Assembly (NCBI GenBank): GCA_029953675.1
Contig: JAMWBK010000001.1
Coordinates: 3,410,001-3,474,000, forward strand
DNA from: Rhodosorus marinus CCMP1338
Taxonomy: Eukaryota; Plantae; Rhodophyta
Reading direction: 5' to 3'
Length of the DNA: 64,000 nucleotides
Positions 10,996-23,572 of the stretch are shown piece after piece. The translations under genes were made by a program, and so were the position numbers. The notes beneath the pieces were generated by a model. The model saw nothing but the letters and a program-made list of their open reading frames with translations, searched no databases and was not told where the DNA came from. Position 1 is the stretch's first letter; each line of letters starts with the position of its first letter.

Positions 10996-12576
10996 TCAAG
11001 CGACTATGGGCTGCGCCTGCGTAGTTTCCTTCGCCAGTCGTGGAGGCTGGCTGTCCAGCACAAGCTTCTTCAGGAGAACACTCTTCATAATGATGCTCCT
11101 CAGTCCGTAATATGGAATTTCGAAGAAGATGTTCTGGAGGAGCGCCTTCGAGCCTTGAGTGTCGTACAAGATCCGAAGCGTGTCTACGCTTTTCGCCAGA
11201 GCACTCTTGTTCATATCACGGTGAACGATCACGTCTGTGTTCCACGGGTCGATCTCGACCATCTTGTCCGCATAATGCGCACGGAAGAAGCGGGCATTCG
11301 GCCGTTGATTCGCCATGCAAGCTGAGAACGAGAAAGTCGAGTTCGAGATCGCCAGCACGTCACACTGCGACAGAATGTACCAGTCCGGGAACATTCCTGC
11401 TCCGAGATCGGCAAAGTTCTCCGGCAGCTCAGCTCCCAAGGACTCCGAGGTGACTGGGTTGAATTTCGCAAAGTCCCTCAGGACAGTATCAACTTCGTCC
11501 GATGCAACAAAAAGAACCGGGTTCTCCAGCGTCGGCCAAATCTCCTCCAACCATTCCAAGTACCACTGCGTCGGAGCAACATATCCGAAAGACGATGCAG
11601 CAATGTTCTTGTAGTCACCAAGACGAAGGTGACATCCCACCACTGTCCTCTTGCCGTTTTGCCTCAGCTTGTCGTCAATGACCTTATCAAAATGGTTCTT
11701 TAGCGAGGGCACTGGGGTGAAGATGTCCTGAATGCTCTCCTTGAATTGTCTATACACACTTGTGTGCCACTGGAACCACCCCCAGATGTCCACGTTCACT
11801 GGCAAGTCGTTAGTTTCCGCGCTGAGCTGCGACGGGAGAATCTCTGGCACCGGCATGCCGTCGTTCGACTGGGTGATGTACTGAAGGAATTCGTCCGTAA
11901 AGGTAGAGTTTGCCTTGGTCTCACGGGTCTCAATGACCGCCGGAAGGGCGCGCTGGACGACATCATCCTGCAGTCCAAAGAGATCCTTGCCGACCCAGTA
12001 GGGAACCTGCACCTCCGCATCGACGAGCTTCGCATAGCACCTCAGGAAAGCATATTGCAGCAACTGGTTTCCAAATCGTCCCAGTTCTCCGAAGCCTGTC
12101 ATGGTGATGACTGGTTTACCGTGGTACGGCTCGAAGGGGGCAATATTTGCATTCAAAGGAGGCGTTACGTTTCCCAGGCTGAAAATCCGGCTCAGCGCAA
12201 TCTCAGTTTCCTTCTTGTATTTGGTGCTCTTTCCGCCTTCGACGTTCATTTCCTCTTCATCAGAAATGGAAGAAATGGTCATCGACTCAGATGTGAGAGA
12301 GTCCTTGTCATCCTTCTCGATCATGCTCTGGTAGAAGCGCACGATCAGCTCTGCACCATCATCACCAAGTTTCTCTCGGACATCTGATGCACTGGAAGCA
12401 TGATCCAAACCAGCCTGGGAGAATACCATATCCAGAATACCGATCATCTCACGCGATTTGAGACCCACGTTTCCAACGTCTCCATTCGACTGAGCCAGCT
12501 TTTCCAGAACAGGGATCCAAGTGCCCTTCTCCATCTGATCTCGTTCCAAAGATTCACTAGTGCTTAAAACACCCAT
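10996..12576 (-). CDS. GT11 / alpha-1,2-fucosyltransferase-like glycosyltransferase, cyanobacterial-type domain; 5' end uncertain
   Basis: Long single ORF with GRFGNQLLQYAF, WGWFQ, HLRLGDY, LFVASDE and DWYILSQCDVLAISNSTFSF, the GT11 motif set. First in-frame ATG is at 12576; upstream exons are possible. Confidence 0.8.
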   Translation of the reverse strand: MGVLSTSESLERDQMEKGTWIPVLEKLAQSNGDVGNVGLKSREMIGILDMVFSQAGLDHASSASDVREKLGDDGAELIVRFYQSMIEKDDKDSLTSESMTISSISDEEEMNVEGGKSTKYKKETEIALSRIFSLGNVTPPLNANIAPFEPYHGKPVITMTGFGELGRFGNQLLQYAFLRCYAKLVDAEVQVPYWVGKDLFGLQDDVVQRALPAVIETRETKANSTFTDEFLQYITQSNDGMPVPEILPSQLSAETNDLPVNVDIWGWFQWHTSVYRQFKESIQDIFTPVPSLKNHFDKVIDDKLRQNGKRTVVGCHLRLGDYKNIAASSFGYVAPTQWYLEWLEEIWPTLENPVLFVASDEVDTVLRDFAKFNPVTSESLGAELPENFADLGAGMFPDWYILSQCDVLAISNSTFSFSACMANQRPNARFFRAHYADKMVEIDPWNTDVIVHRDMNKSALAKSVDTLRILYDTQGSKALLQNIFFEIPYYGLRSIIMKSVLLKKLVLDSQPPRLAKETTQAQPIVA

Positions 12577-13012
12577 TCTCAACGTTTTCACAAAAAAAAT
12601 TACACTGTTCAAAAAGACGCGACTGATTCTTCAAGCGATCCCTCCCCCTCCCAAACGGTCAATGCACAGTCGTTCCTCCGTGCACACAAGTATGTCTAAA
12701 GGCGATAGCAGTCAAGCAACCCATTCACGAACACCCACTTTTCACGAACCCCACAAACACATAGCCCAAAACAGATCCACCACCCAAAAAGCCACAAAAA
12801 AAACGCTCCTCTACCACAGAATACACCCAAGTCGTTCAACAGATCCTCTACCCACGATCCTCCCCTCACACCCTCCCAAATCTACAGCCCATCTCACCCT
12901 TTCTTATATAGTAGGAGATGGAGTCTCAAACCTAGAAAACCTTACACCCCCCACTATCACCATCAATATCCAGCTCCCCATTTTTCTTCCCCCTTAACCT
13001 CCTACCCATTCC

Positions 13013-13016
<4 letters not shown>

Positions 13017-13044
<28 letters not shown>

Positions 13045-13051
13045 CACACAC
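13017..13051 (+). repeat. (CT)n microsatellite followed by (CA)n
   Basis: Read directly. Confidence 0.9.
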
Positions 13052-16000
13052 ACAAACACAAACACACCCCCATAAAATAAATATAAAATCCATTAAATCC
13101 TTCTTTCATACGCTCACAAGACATAAAAATCCTTCCAGATTTCCCATCCATCCCCCCCCCCTCAACATCATCTACAAATTTACGCCCATACGTTTCCCCA
13201 TTCTTGATCCAAAGCCCTAGCCTCATCTTCCATTAATTTATTTCAGTTAAAAAACAAAAACAAAAAACAACTTTTTTAAGTAGAAAAAATATTGACCCTC
13301 TCATCCGGGTGTTAGAGTGCGAGGGGGAGGGGGTGTGTGCAGACGGGGGGTGCCTTTTTCTTTTAGTTTTTAAATAGCACTAGTAAGTTTCTACACTGCA
13401 CTACCCCCTCCCTACTTTCTCTCAACTCTAAAAAAGAGTTATATAGTCTTCGAGAACCATCTAAAAATACATATATATCCAGCCTCTATTGGCCACATTT
13501 AGTTGGGATTTCTTAAATTTATGTGTAGTAGTTGTCCCCCCTCTCTTCTTTTTAGTTCTAAGGAACACTTCTTATGAAGTTCTTAAGGGGGGGCTAGTTT
13601 GTAGATTGACCTTCGTCCCAAAATTTGTATAGTCACTGATCGCTTTATAATTATTTAGAAAAACAATATTAAGCGGAACAAAAAAAATGAACAAGAACTT
13701 TGTTGGGTTTTTAAATGAAAAACAAGATCGGCTGAAATCAACAGCATTTTTCTATTAGCTCAACGGACTCGAGAGTTGGGGAGGAAGAATGGAGAGAGGG
13801 GAGAGAGAAGGTGGGAGGGGCTGGGGGGCGGGGGGGGCCAGGGCAAATAATCCAAAAAATAACTAATTTTCTTATTCACGGACTGATTTTTTTAGGTGTT
13901 AAAATTTTGAGGGGATGAGGCCACAGCAGTTTCGAGAAGCCAGTTGGCTCAAGAAAATAAATAATTTTCTGATAAGTTCTTCCGTTCCTTCTATATTTTG
14001 ATTTACCAATGGGAAGCTAGTACGCAGAAATGGGTGTAATTGTATTTTAAAAGCCGAAATACCTGTGGAGGATGTTCTCGAGAAGGAGGGGGTAGATGTT
14101 AATTTTTGGTTCATATTTTCTGCGGAACTGGAGTTGTACAATGTTTTCTACTCTGTGTAACCACTCGATGTTGGTTGCTGTTTATTGGAAGTAAATGATA
14201 GTTTTGTATTTTAATACGGTGGGACTTCCCCGCCCCTCCCCCCCTTCGGGTAGGAGTGCCGCTAGACGATCTTAGAATATTTCCCATAAAATATTGTACA
14301 AACGAAAGTAACCGTAATAGATTAAAAGAATAAAAAAGAGGGATTTTAGGAATGGGTTTTTCAAGTGCCAAGAATTGGGTCTATTCTTGTAAACTTATTT
14401 TGTATTTCTATGTTTTCAAATGGGGGTCGTGAGCCTCTCGCTCCTACGTGTTTGGAGGTTCTCCTTAGAATTTCAGTACAAATATCAATTGGTTACAAAT
14501 GAAGTATCACGTCCATCCAATAGCGCGCAGTGGACCGATTTGGATCCACGAAACTGGCCAGATTCATGTTCGAAAGTGACGGTTGGCGGCCCTCATCGAA
14601 ATCTCATTAATTAAAATATATATTTCATTACTTCAACGGGAAAACTCAATCCATTCGCTAGGAGGTTTGAGGCCCGGGCGAAAATTCTGAATCTAAATAT
14701 GTCCCTGGAGATTCTGGGGGGGGGGTTAATTTGTGTCAGACCGGTTCGCCCCTTTATTTCGATGTTTTTAACTAGTATTTTGGGCACGGATCAAAGTGGC
14801 GGCACACGCGAGTTGCTCAATTGCTGCACCACAGTGTGGATTTGGGGGGTAGGGGGCTGATTCCCTACCCTCGCCTGCTCAGGTGGAATAACATGATTGA
14901 TCAAAATTCCTGTGTGCTGGAGCTCCAGACTCTTCCAAAATCAATCTGAAGCGATAATCTACCAATAGAAAGTTAAATCGGATCTCTAAGATGCCTTTTG
15001 GTACTTGCTTGACGATGGTTCGCTAATACTTCTTTTTCTCCTTTTTCGTTGGTCAACAAAGTACCCGTTTGCCATCCCCATGAAGTTTTTCGTGAGGCCA
15101 AGACGGCAATGTCCATGAACCTTTTCGCAGAAACGACAAAAAAATCTCGTTCCCACCGCTCTTGACCCCCTTCTGAAATTTACAGCCTGATCGTAACCCA
15201 CCCCTCCTCTCCGCGAACAGGCCTATACGATGTCATTATATTGAAATAATCTTTCGTGGCCAGACGAGTGATCTCGGGATTGGCTATGTTCTCTTTCGGC
15301 CTCTGCACTCCGCCACCAACGGAAGACAAATGCTGAATCCTTATTATTTGGTAAAGGAAACCCCTTCCCACAAGTCTCCTCTTTTTCCCCTCGTCCTTGG
15401 CCAAAAAAAAACCGATTGAACACGACGTACAATACGAATACAACAGACTCGATGGAGTTGTCGCGTACAATGTCCGGTTGGGCGGTTGCAATGTATGTTT
15501 TCGCGAAAACCCTATACAGGCACGTGCGGGTGTACTATCGAATGTACGGTCCATTGCATCGGTATGGGAATCCCTCCGGACTCGTGAAGGGAGGGGACCG
15601 AAAACTTTCTCAAATTCACCATACCAAGGATTGTTGAGGGAAACAGAGAGCATTGTCAAATCGACTCGGAACGACAATACCCGATTTCAAATACATTTGA
15701 ACCGGATGGTGACGCGCTCATATTCAAATTGCGGAACGTGGATGAGGAAGCGGGAGGCTTCGGGATTGCTGATTCCTCTTCTCGGGATAATCAACACCCC
15801 CCAGGTTCCACTGGAACGATCTCAGATACCCTCCCTCCCAACAGATAGCGCTACTGCTTTCGGTCCAGAAAGCGAAAGCCGCTGCTCGAATACCCCACAC
15901 CTTGGAATCGAAAATGATTAGCATCGAAACCCTCGATACACACACACCCTCGCTCTGTTAAAACCCCCGCTCCACCTTTCGAGCCTGATGGCGGGCTCTC

Positions 16001-18696
16001 TCTTTAACAGGCAAGAGAGGAAAGAATGCGACAGGACTCTTTATTTCCCATTCTGACGAATAACAACCATGTAATATTGCTTACGCAGAGTGGGGAGCTT
16101 CACCACGAAAAATTCATTTGGTCGACCTCAAACAAGAGACGTGCCCTTCCCGCACTCCCCACCTCACCCCCGCTTTTCTTCCCTTCATTGGACAGAGTCT
16201 CCTCTCCTTGTCAACTAATCCATACTCGAAATGTCATCGATGCTCACGTACTCCAAAAATGAATTAAAAACAACAGTGTTTTCCCAAAAATTCGTTCTGA
16301 ATCTAAATTCAGCTCAATAATATAAATATTTCTGAACGTCCCAGCCAACCACTGAGGAGAAGATTGGCTGGGTACAGATCTAGAATTTTGGGGTTAAATG
16401 TTCTCAATGTTTTTTTAATTTTAAGGGTTGATCTAAATATAGACATATCAAATATTCCAAAGCGATGATTGAGGCGGTTGGCGGGGATTCCTTTGGGAGT
16501 TGGGGAGGTAGGTTTCCGGTTTCGATGCTGGTGGGGATGAGGGACGATGTAGACCGCGCGCTTTGGTAATGCCTGTATCATGTGGTCTGTATCTTCCAAC
16601 ACGAAGCATTTCACCATACTTGACAGAAAAACTGTAGATTTGAACGACATGACTTCATAGCTCAGCACACATCAGTTTACTGTTAATTTCTTGACGAAAT
16701 ACGAACCGAACGTTTGAACGACATGAATTTATAGCTGATAACTCAATTCACAGCAGGCTGGGAAACGATACGATCATCCGACAGCGCGGGGGATATCCGA
16801 TCGTGCTAAACAAACTTGATTCGTGTCGCCTTTTCAGTGAGAAGGAGCGGGCGGATTCGATCTTGAAGGATAAGGCCCCAATTTCTGTGCTTCGATGAGC
16901 AAAGCGCGATATGCGATTGAGCTCTTCAAGAGTTTCTCCATCTGCTGGAGAGGATGGCTCACCTACTGACCCCCCACTCTGCCGCTAGCAAACTCTAGCT
17001 CCTGTCTCTGAGTTCGACCAAGGCATTGTTGTGAGTAATGTAATTAATTACCACTCGCGATAGCGAGTTCGGTCCAGGGTAGGCTATTGCGGTGCGGGAT
17101 AGTGGCTCACCGATTGAACTAATCAAAATGTCAATCGTTAGTTCCCGCCTCGGCTTCTTGAAAGAGGCCGCCTCGATCATCCTCCCCCCGACGCAATTTG
17201 CCCTTACTATCTCTAGCCGCGTAGCCCGTTCGCACCCTGAGGAAAATGCCTATATTCGTCGCGCAGTCATTCTTCCGCAAAACCGGACAGAATTTGCTTA
17301 GTGGTTGCTGGTAATTTCTTGCCATGAGCGTTTGGTGCCAGAGCGGAGCTCTGCAGCTTTTCTGTTTCGCAAGGATTGAACAGCGACATGGATTTGGAGA
17401 AGCCTTCCCAGGACTGGAGCACCAGAAAAACCGTTGTTGCCTTTGAACCTGTCGCCAGCCGTTCGCTGTTTCGCGAAAATCGACATGTCGGGGCGTGTTT
17501 TGCCCTTGCTCTTTGTGGAGCGAAAGATGCAAGGACCGGGTTTGCCTCGCTGGGGCTTCATACAGTTTTAAAAGTCCTCCCATGTACGCCTAATGGGCTT
17601 GATCTCATGCACCCGGATTGGCGGATGAGGGTTGTACCTAGAAGGTTTGGTGTTTTTTTTCACCCTTTACTTCAGCTACTGAGTGTACCGCTTGGTGTCA
17701 ATGCGCCAACTCGTGAGCTTCATTCGAAGCTCCGTGTTGAAAACAAAACGCTTCCCCCCGCGCGGTATTGCAACGATAAGCTCCAGCGAGGCAATCAGAA
17801 ACAAGCCTCTCCTGCATGGGATTTGGATTGGGCATTGGGCCAGTCCAAACTGCGGAATGCGCTGGACCCTGAAAGGAACAAAAGGCTCTTCTACGTTAAT
17901 ACCAACGATGCGCACGTGGGTCGAAAGTGCGAGAGATGTCTGCGCTGATTCGGAGATTGAGATAGTGGGCAGACTTTGAACTCTCCTATAGTCTCTCGAA
18001 TAAAACATAGTTCAACGTTGTCTACTCATTCAGACGTATCAATCTACTGAACCCAGACGATATAGTAAGGCTTCTTCCGTACACATGAACCAACGTTGCC
18101 TTTACGAGGCCGAGGATGAGCTTCCTGCCGCTGGATGTGCTCGCAGCGGGGCTGTCGATGAAAGTGTGAATCAGCTATCGACGCTCAAGTGACGCACAGA
18201 ATGATATTTTTGGCTAAGATCTTGTCAGCCGCTCCAGCGCATTGCTTCTCTTGTGATTCTTTTCAGGTGTAACATTGAAGTATGATCCAAGTTGACGCCG
18301 TGGCCGGGTTGATACTCCTCACTGCTGAAATGGTCCTCCAAGAATGCCTTCCTCCACTGAAACCGTCCAGAGCCCAGCTGAAACAACACATCGTTCAGAG
18401 TAATTTTGTTTTGATATCTTCACTGCTCATTGACCCTCCCACACAAAGATCGCCGAGCTCAGAACCGAATACGGACTGATGAATCACTCACCCTGTTGAT
18501 CCCGGGACAAATGAGTCCCACTACAAAAGCGCAATCGGAAACCTATAAAAATACTCACAAAACAAAAAACACAGCATGCGATTTCGAATTATGCGGGACG
18601 GTTTTGAAGATCATCAGCCTTACTGAATTGAATTTGATTAAATACGTACTAGTAGGGTTTTGGTCATATCTGCCGGGGAAAAAGTCCTATATACAT

Positions 18697-19412
18697 TTAT
18701 CGGACTTTAATTACATAATAATTAGATGTTTTATTTTCAGTCTCCTGTCGGATATAAGCTTACTACATCTGAACTAGAAATAAAAAAAGTCGGTTCGTCC
18801 GATTATGGCCGATTCATGCGGTGGCAATCTTCAATCAACAACAATATTTGATTTCCCTATTCGGGACAAGCTGTCCGGGTTCTTTTACTTTTTTAGAAAC
18901 TTTTCGGGTTCTCGCAGTAAGCATTCTGAAAAACCATTAGATTGCACAAGACAGCCTGTTAAATCAGAAATAATCATGATTCAATACATGAGCTGGCTTA
19001 CGGTTTGTTGACCGTTTGTTGACATCGTTTGACCACGGCGAGGAGTACTCATGGTTCAATATCTGGACCGGAGATGATTACCCATTTCACGGGCGTTTGA
19101 TTGAATATCAGATGTCTCGTCTTATCGGACAAGGTTTTTAGAAGCATCTCAACAGGTTACCCCTTAGTTTTCTACATTTATTCAAAAGCGTATCTGTCCG
19201 AGAGAGAATTTTATCGGACGGTTTATGACTGCCATGATCAATCACTATGGGGCCGTCGTGTCCAGTCAAAGAAGTTAGTTGACACGCGTCATGCCTTCAT
19301 TAGCCAAATTTTAGATACATTTTCAATCGGAGATTGTCCAATCCACATCGTCAGATGTTAATCTCAAAAAAGGAAGAAAAAACGAATGTTTTAAGTTCAG
19401 CCATTTATCGGG
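18697..19412. repeat. Cluster of the short motif TTATCGGAC / ATCGGAC in both orientations
   Basis: TTATCGGAC at 18697, 19122 and 19211; reverse GTCCGATTA at 18797; variants near 18746, 19195, 19326 and 19405. Confidence 0.6.
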
Positions 19413-20009
19413 TGATCAAAGTAGAAAAGCTACTTTGTATTATTAATATTTTATGGTATGCAAACAATTTACCCCTCCTTATCCATCTGGGAAATTCCTG
19501 CAAATACTTGTAAAAAAATTAGTTTAACAACATTTCGGCTCGGATTAGAGCAAGAAGTACAGGGGGTGGTGGTAGAGTGGTGATGATTTGTTCGGTTGTG
19601 TTTTGGAAAATATTTTGGGGGTCATGCCCCGATGGGGTGGAAGTAGAATTTTTACTTTAAAAATTTGAGGGCGGAAGTCTGAGGCAGTGAAAGGTGAGTT
19701 CCATGTCATGTAGTGATGGCAGGCGCGAGGATGAGATGGAAGTATTAAAACGGCAGATTTCCGGAGGAGCTTGGAGTGAGGGAGGGGGAGGGGAGGATAA
19801 GAGGTTGGGGCTGTGTGAGAGCTGTGGGATGTTTAAGAGGAGTGTTAATGGTGGAAGGAATATACTCTGTTGCGAGCATTCGTTTTTTTTTTGGCTTGGG
19901 TTGACTTTCTGGAGCCGGTTCTGATGCTCCCGCGGAGGTGAGAGAGTTGTGACCTTGGTACAGGGCAGTTGCGTTGGAATCCTTTTTTCATTTTGTTTTT
20001 TTTAGTTCC

Positions 20010-21152
20010 ATGGCGGCGTTTGTGTCGTATCTCTGTCCGATGGGATTGGTGGGAGGGAGGGTCCCCCTGATATCGAAGGGCAGGACGAAGCGGATGAGGG
20101 AGAGGGTGGTGATGCATGGAGACGAGGGGAGTATGGAGGACATGCTTGAGTGGAACAACAAACTTTATGAGGAACTGCGGGTGAAAGGAGCAGTTTGGGG
20201 AGCAGATAGTCCGGAGGTCCCGGTGAACGGCGAGGGGATTGTGAGACAGGTGCTTGACGCGTATGGCGAGGATTCTGATGCGGGTTCAAGTGTGCTCCTC
20301 AAATATGCCTCAAGAGATCTTTTAGATACATACGAGAGAGTTGCCATCCATAGCGGGGCATGGGAAGCGCTACACCCAGGGGCCCTTACGAAACTGCTCG
20401 AAGCGAGTGGGGACTTGGGCCTGATCCTGAACCATAAAGGGTTTCGTATAAAATCCAGCTCTGAGGAAAAAGTCGTTGCGCTTATTCTGTCGAGCAATGG
20501 ATTCTTCTTCGACTTCGAGTTTGATATGACGTCTGAGGGAGGCTCGCTACGTATTAACCATTTGGCGGTACATATGGCCGTGGGAGACGATGAATTTATG
20601 ACTGGCAACGAGATTCACGTGGTCAAGCAGAACCTCAGCAGTCTGAAGAACTTGAAGGAACTTATTGACGCCTCTTCGCCACCGTTTGCAACAATTGTGC
20701 TCTTCATACGGGCTATTCGGTTCTATGATTTTCCAACGGAAGGGAGTGGTTTTGCGCGAGCGATCAAGCTATTTTCGGAGAACTATATTAATCAACTCAA
20801 GCGCATTCTAAAAACAGGTACAGCCCAACTCCCCGAAACGGATCCAACAATTTTCCGCCTCTTCGCTTTCGCTAACGACGATCCCCTCGCTCACACTCGG
20901 TCAGGAGGAGTTGTGAATTTGAACGAAACGTCGTTGAAGCAGTACCTGTGTGCGAATAGTACGCTGCATCATTTCTTGGAATTAAACGACTTTGCATTTG
21001 CCACGGAGCCGAACCCGAAAGCACTAGGGGTTGTTGAACAGGACATCTATCTCTTCACCCCTGAGGAGGGCACGATTCGATTGAAGATGACTCTTTCAAA
21101 GAATCCGGCCTCCCCGTTCTTGATCGATGATATCGTGAAGGTGCAGAGTTGA
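20010..21152 (+). CDS. Predicted plastid-targeted protein with two NTF2-like (DUF4864-like) repeats, 380 aa
   Basis: The N-terminus MAAFVSYLCPMGLVGGRVPLISKGRTKRMRERVVM is typical of red-algal transit peptides. Two repeats carry the pattern 'xxVxxxLxAx...Dx(P)xxxxG...xFxS' (GIVRQVLDAY...AGSSVLLKYAS; TIVLFIRAIRFYDFPTEGSGFARAIKLFS), each ending in beta strands (..LRINHLAV; ..FLIDDIVKV). Confidence 0.65.
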   Translation: MAAFVSYLCPMGLVGGRVPLISKGRTKRMRERVVMHGDEGSMEDMLEWNNKLYEELRVKGAVWGADSPEVPVNGEGIVRQVLDAYGEDSDAGSSVLLKYASRDLLDTYERVAIHSGAWEALHPGALTKLLEASGDLGLILNHKGFRIKSSSEEKVVALILSSNGFFFDFEFDMTSEGGSLRINHLAVHMAVGDDEFMTGNEIHVVKQNLSSLKNLKELIDASSPPFATIVLFIRAIRFYDFPTEGSGFARAIKLFSENYINQLKRILKTGTAQLPETDPTIFRLFAFANDDPLAHTRSGGVVNLNETSLKQYLCANSTLHHFLELNDFAFATEPNPKALGVVEQDIYLFTPEEGTIRLKMTLSKNPASPFLIDDIVKVQS

Positions 21153-23572
21153 CGCGATGTCTTCAGCGTTACACGCCTTCTCCTAAGTAGTGCGACCACC
21201 CCGTATGTGTATATATAGTAATAGAGTGTTTAAATCTGTCTGCAAACGTTGATTAACTTAAAAGGTTGACTGGGAAGTTATGAAGCCTCAAGCGAGAATA
21301 CCATCGGACTGAGGAGCGAACCGTGAGGCCCTGCTCTCCAAGTGAGCCTGGCTCTCAGTGCCAACCCTCTTTGCATGGTGTTTGGGTGTCCGTGATACAA
21401 CTGCCAAGGAACTTGGAAGCGGCTGAAGGTTACTTTATATCGTACTTTCTTACTTCATCTCTCTGATCTCCACCCATCCTAATCGAAGGCGGATAGAGGG
21501 AGTAAAGCTCTCACTGTCTTCCCGAAAGTGCCACGATAAGTTTTTGGCGAAGGAGCCCATCACGCGTCATATGTGAGATTGCGTAGTGGAATCTGGTGTT
21601 AGCCCTTCCTCTACCCCTGCCAGAGCAGACCCTGTCAGGAAGCTTCTCCGTTCCTACGTTTTCACAGGAAACATCCTGGCAAGATGATCCACCGGGACGC
21701 GCACGAACCCTTGAATACAGTCCCTCTGAAAACACCAGAAGAAGATCCGAAGCCGTGAGGTCTACCGAACCTCAAATCTGCCATTGCCAAAACCTTTACC
21801 TCAACCCCAAGCCAACCCAGCAGAAACAAAACCACCGAAGAGCAACTATCAAAATCGCCATCGGGCGCTTCTTATCCAACGGATTTTTGCTTATCACACG
21901 AATCACAGCTTCACTCACTTCATGTTTTGTTTTTTCCCACCCCGCCCGTTCCAATCCAGGCCATGACCCTGGTTCTCCCTCCCTACTCCACCAACGCCTT
22001 CTCCCTCCGAAACTCATCCAAGATCTTCAGTTCAGTCAACAAAAAATGCATTGAATTAAAGATTGAATATTTTCTAGTATGCCAAAATGTTTACTAAGAT
22101 ATTGATGTTTGACAAACTTGGACTTCAGTTCAAGGATCTGGAGGCACCGTTCCAAGATTCCTTCCTAGCGTATCTGATATTCCTTAACTAAAAGCCTATC
22201 CGGTAGAATCCACCCCTCTCCCCGGTCGTGAGCCTCCCCGCGCGACGGATTCCCTGACGAAGAAGACCAACAAGCCGTTTTCGTAAGAGCAAAACAAAGA
22301 AGGGAGAAAGTTGCCACCACAAAACCTTCAAATCAAATGGAATTAAGAACCTGCCCAAAATCTTATTTTAAACGGAAAGTCATGACTGTGAGGAGGCGGA
22401 TCCATTGAAATCAATCGAAAACTATTTGATGAGGATGACGGCTTTGTTGCGGAAAACCCTAACGGACACCTCGGACAGGGCTATTCAAGGACCGTAAAGA
22501 GAGAACGCTTGCGCTGTCTGGGTTGCGTTAATGAGGCTGCGGGAAAGGTGTTCGCAAACGGAACCCTGAGAGTGTAACCCGACAGAACCAGCCGCATTGC
22601 AGTTTTGGGCTTGTCGCACGTCAAGGCGGTCCCTTTCCTAGCGTAGGTCTCCGCCGGTCTCCCAGTTGGCGCCGACATGTTTCCGCCACTTTTTGGGCCC
22701 TGGAGGACGTCAGCTGGATGTGTGTGCGCTGCCTCCTTGTCAAGCAAATACTGCTGGTGAGTCTTCGTCAAAGGCATATGGGAAGCGTCGTCCGCACCAG
22801 GCTCTTAGTCCTGCTGTAGAAATCTGGTTTAACAGCAGAGCCGCCAGGAGCGATGGAGGGAAGACCACCTGCAAACTCGTAGTTCCGGATAGCGAGAGAC
22901 CGAAGAATACCTCAGTAGTCCAGGTTGGATCTTGGACCGGGCTCCGAGATGTAGTAGGCTTTGATCAACTGTCTGCGCTCTCTCTTCTCTCCTCAGCCGT
23001 TAAGCCTACTGCCGCTAAGAGCGAGTCTGGTCGACTGTAGTTTAGATCTCATTCGGAACTCGTCGACGATGAGTTCTGAAGAGCCAGGGCTGAATTGATA
23101 TGATCTATCGCGACGTACTGTACCGGTCATGTCATTCCCGGCCATCGACAAGTACATCTTTCAAGTCTCTACATGGCTCTGCCGCTACCACTTTCCCCGC
23201 CGCCTCACCAGCCGGACCCCACACAGAGCAAGTGTTCTCTCTGTACATTCCTTGCCTAGCTCCGTTGTAGACAACGGTTAGGCCTTTCCACGACAAAAAA
23301 ACTCGTCATCCTTATCAAACAGTTTTCGATTGGTTTTATCGGATCCTCATCCTCGCGATGACAGGATATTTTGTGTCAAAGAAGACTTTATGTGCTTAAT
23401 TCCTTCGATTTTGCAGGATTTGGCTGGCAACTTTCTCTTTTTTTGCTCTTGGAGACTGCGCTTGGTGGTCTTCTTGGTCATGGAATCTGTCAGGTAGGGG
23501 AGGCTCAGGACGGGGGAGTTGGGAAATTTTTTTTGGGTGGTCCTTTTGTTAGTTTTTGTTCTGGCTCAAGGA

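Noticed and set aside
20713-20800. Sec7 (Arf-GEF)-like motif: YDFPTEGSGFARAIKLFSENY vs [21 protein letters not shown]
   Set aside because: The rest of an all-helical Sec7 domain is missing. The segment fits the second NTF2-like repeat, and the protein has a plastid-type presequence.
21511-23350. Minus-strand spliced gene(s) between the plastid protein and the aminotransferase
   Set aside because: Splice-like signals exist, but I could not assemble a phase-consistent, stop-free model with a recognisable product.
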